DNA from: Patescibacteria group bacterium | Lineage (GTDB): Bacteria; Patescibacteriota; Microgenomatia; UBA1400; MFAQ01 | Direction: 5' to 3' | NCBI GenBank assembly: GCA_943355005.1 | Contig: CALRDV010000005.1 | Coordinates: 4,999 to 68,998 of the forward strand | Length of the DNA stretch: 64,000 nucleotides | Shown here: positions 63,853-64,000 of the stretch, piece by piece | Layout: the number at the start of each line of letters is the position of its first letter | Position numbering within the stretch: the first letter of the stretch is position 1 | The notes under the pieces: generated by a model | Databases searched by the model: none | The model's input: the letters and a program-made list of their open reading frames with translations, nothing else | Told to the model about the DNA's origin: nothing | Position numbers and translations under genes: made by a program

Positions 63853-64000
63853 AAAATATAATCATGTTTGATAGGAAGAACTTCTGGCCGATACTGATAT
63901 TTTCTCTCATAATTATCACTACCCTTATTAAGGGTGCAGAAGTCCTCAATAATAATTTTCCAATTACTACCGACCAAGGCAGAGATCTGGTTGATATTCG
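63849..64000 (+). CDS. Partial GT-C-like glycosyltransferase, truncated by the window end
   Basis: Read by hand: MKNIIMFDRKNFWPILIFSLIIITTLIKGAEVLNNNFPITTDQGRDLVDI; DQGRD resembles DEGRD of 47098. Confidence 0.7.
   Translation, partial: MKNIIMFDRKNFWPILIFSLIIITTLIKGAEVLNNNFPITTDQGRDLVDI

Noticed and set aside
1-64000. Alternative genetic code, RNA genes, prophage or IS elements
   Set aside because: TGA terminates several intact genes (for example at 6163 and 32223) and ORFs are full length in code 11. No tRNA, rRNA, integrase, transposase or phage structural gene was recognised by eye.

Overview
Gene-dense bacterial window read in the standard genetic code (TGA is used as a stop), with almost all genes on the + strand. 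Gene content suggests a Patescibacteria/CPR, Microgenomates-like genome; this is an inference, not a marker-gene assignment. Nearly the whole window is cell-surface biology. From 0.1-4.4 kb: a subtilisin, a TasA/CalY-like fibre subunit, a SipW signal peptidase fused to a second SipW-type substrate, and a collagen-like protein. From 4.6-12 kb: a type IV pilus cluster. From 12-27 kb: a 1593-aa GT2-flippase-GT4 fusion and an AT-rich GT/deacetylase cassette. From 26.8-28.6 kb: an LAxTG substrate, an intact sortase and a sortase lacking its catalytic His and Cys. From 29.5-34.4 kb: a BcsA-like synthase fused to GH26, plus two more GH26 genes. After that come rmlABCD, trmD, orn and a long array of polyprenol-P-sugar synthases, GT-C-type transferases and flippases. 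The most striking hidden layer is a family of 20 short (Y)GTC-tagged palindromic elements, all in one orientation. Thirteen of them are translated in frame inside five membrane or surface proteins, and clusters of them sit at apparent domain-fusion junctions. Many genes look leaderless, including three divergent pairs with tightly packed or overlapping -10 boxes. No rRNA, tRNA, CRISPR array or transposase was recognised.
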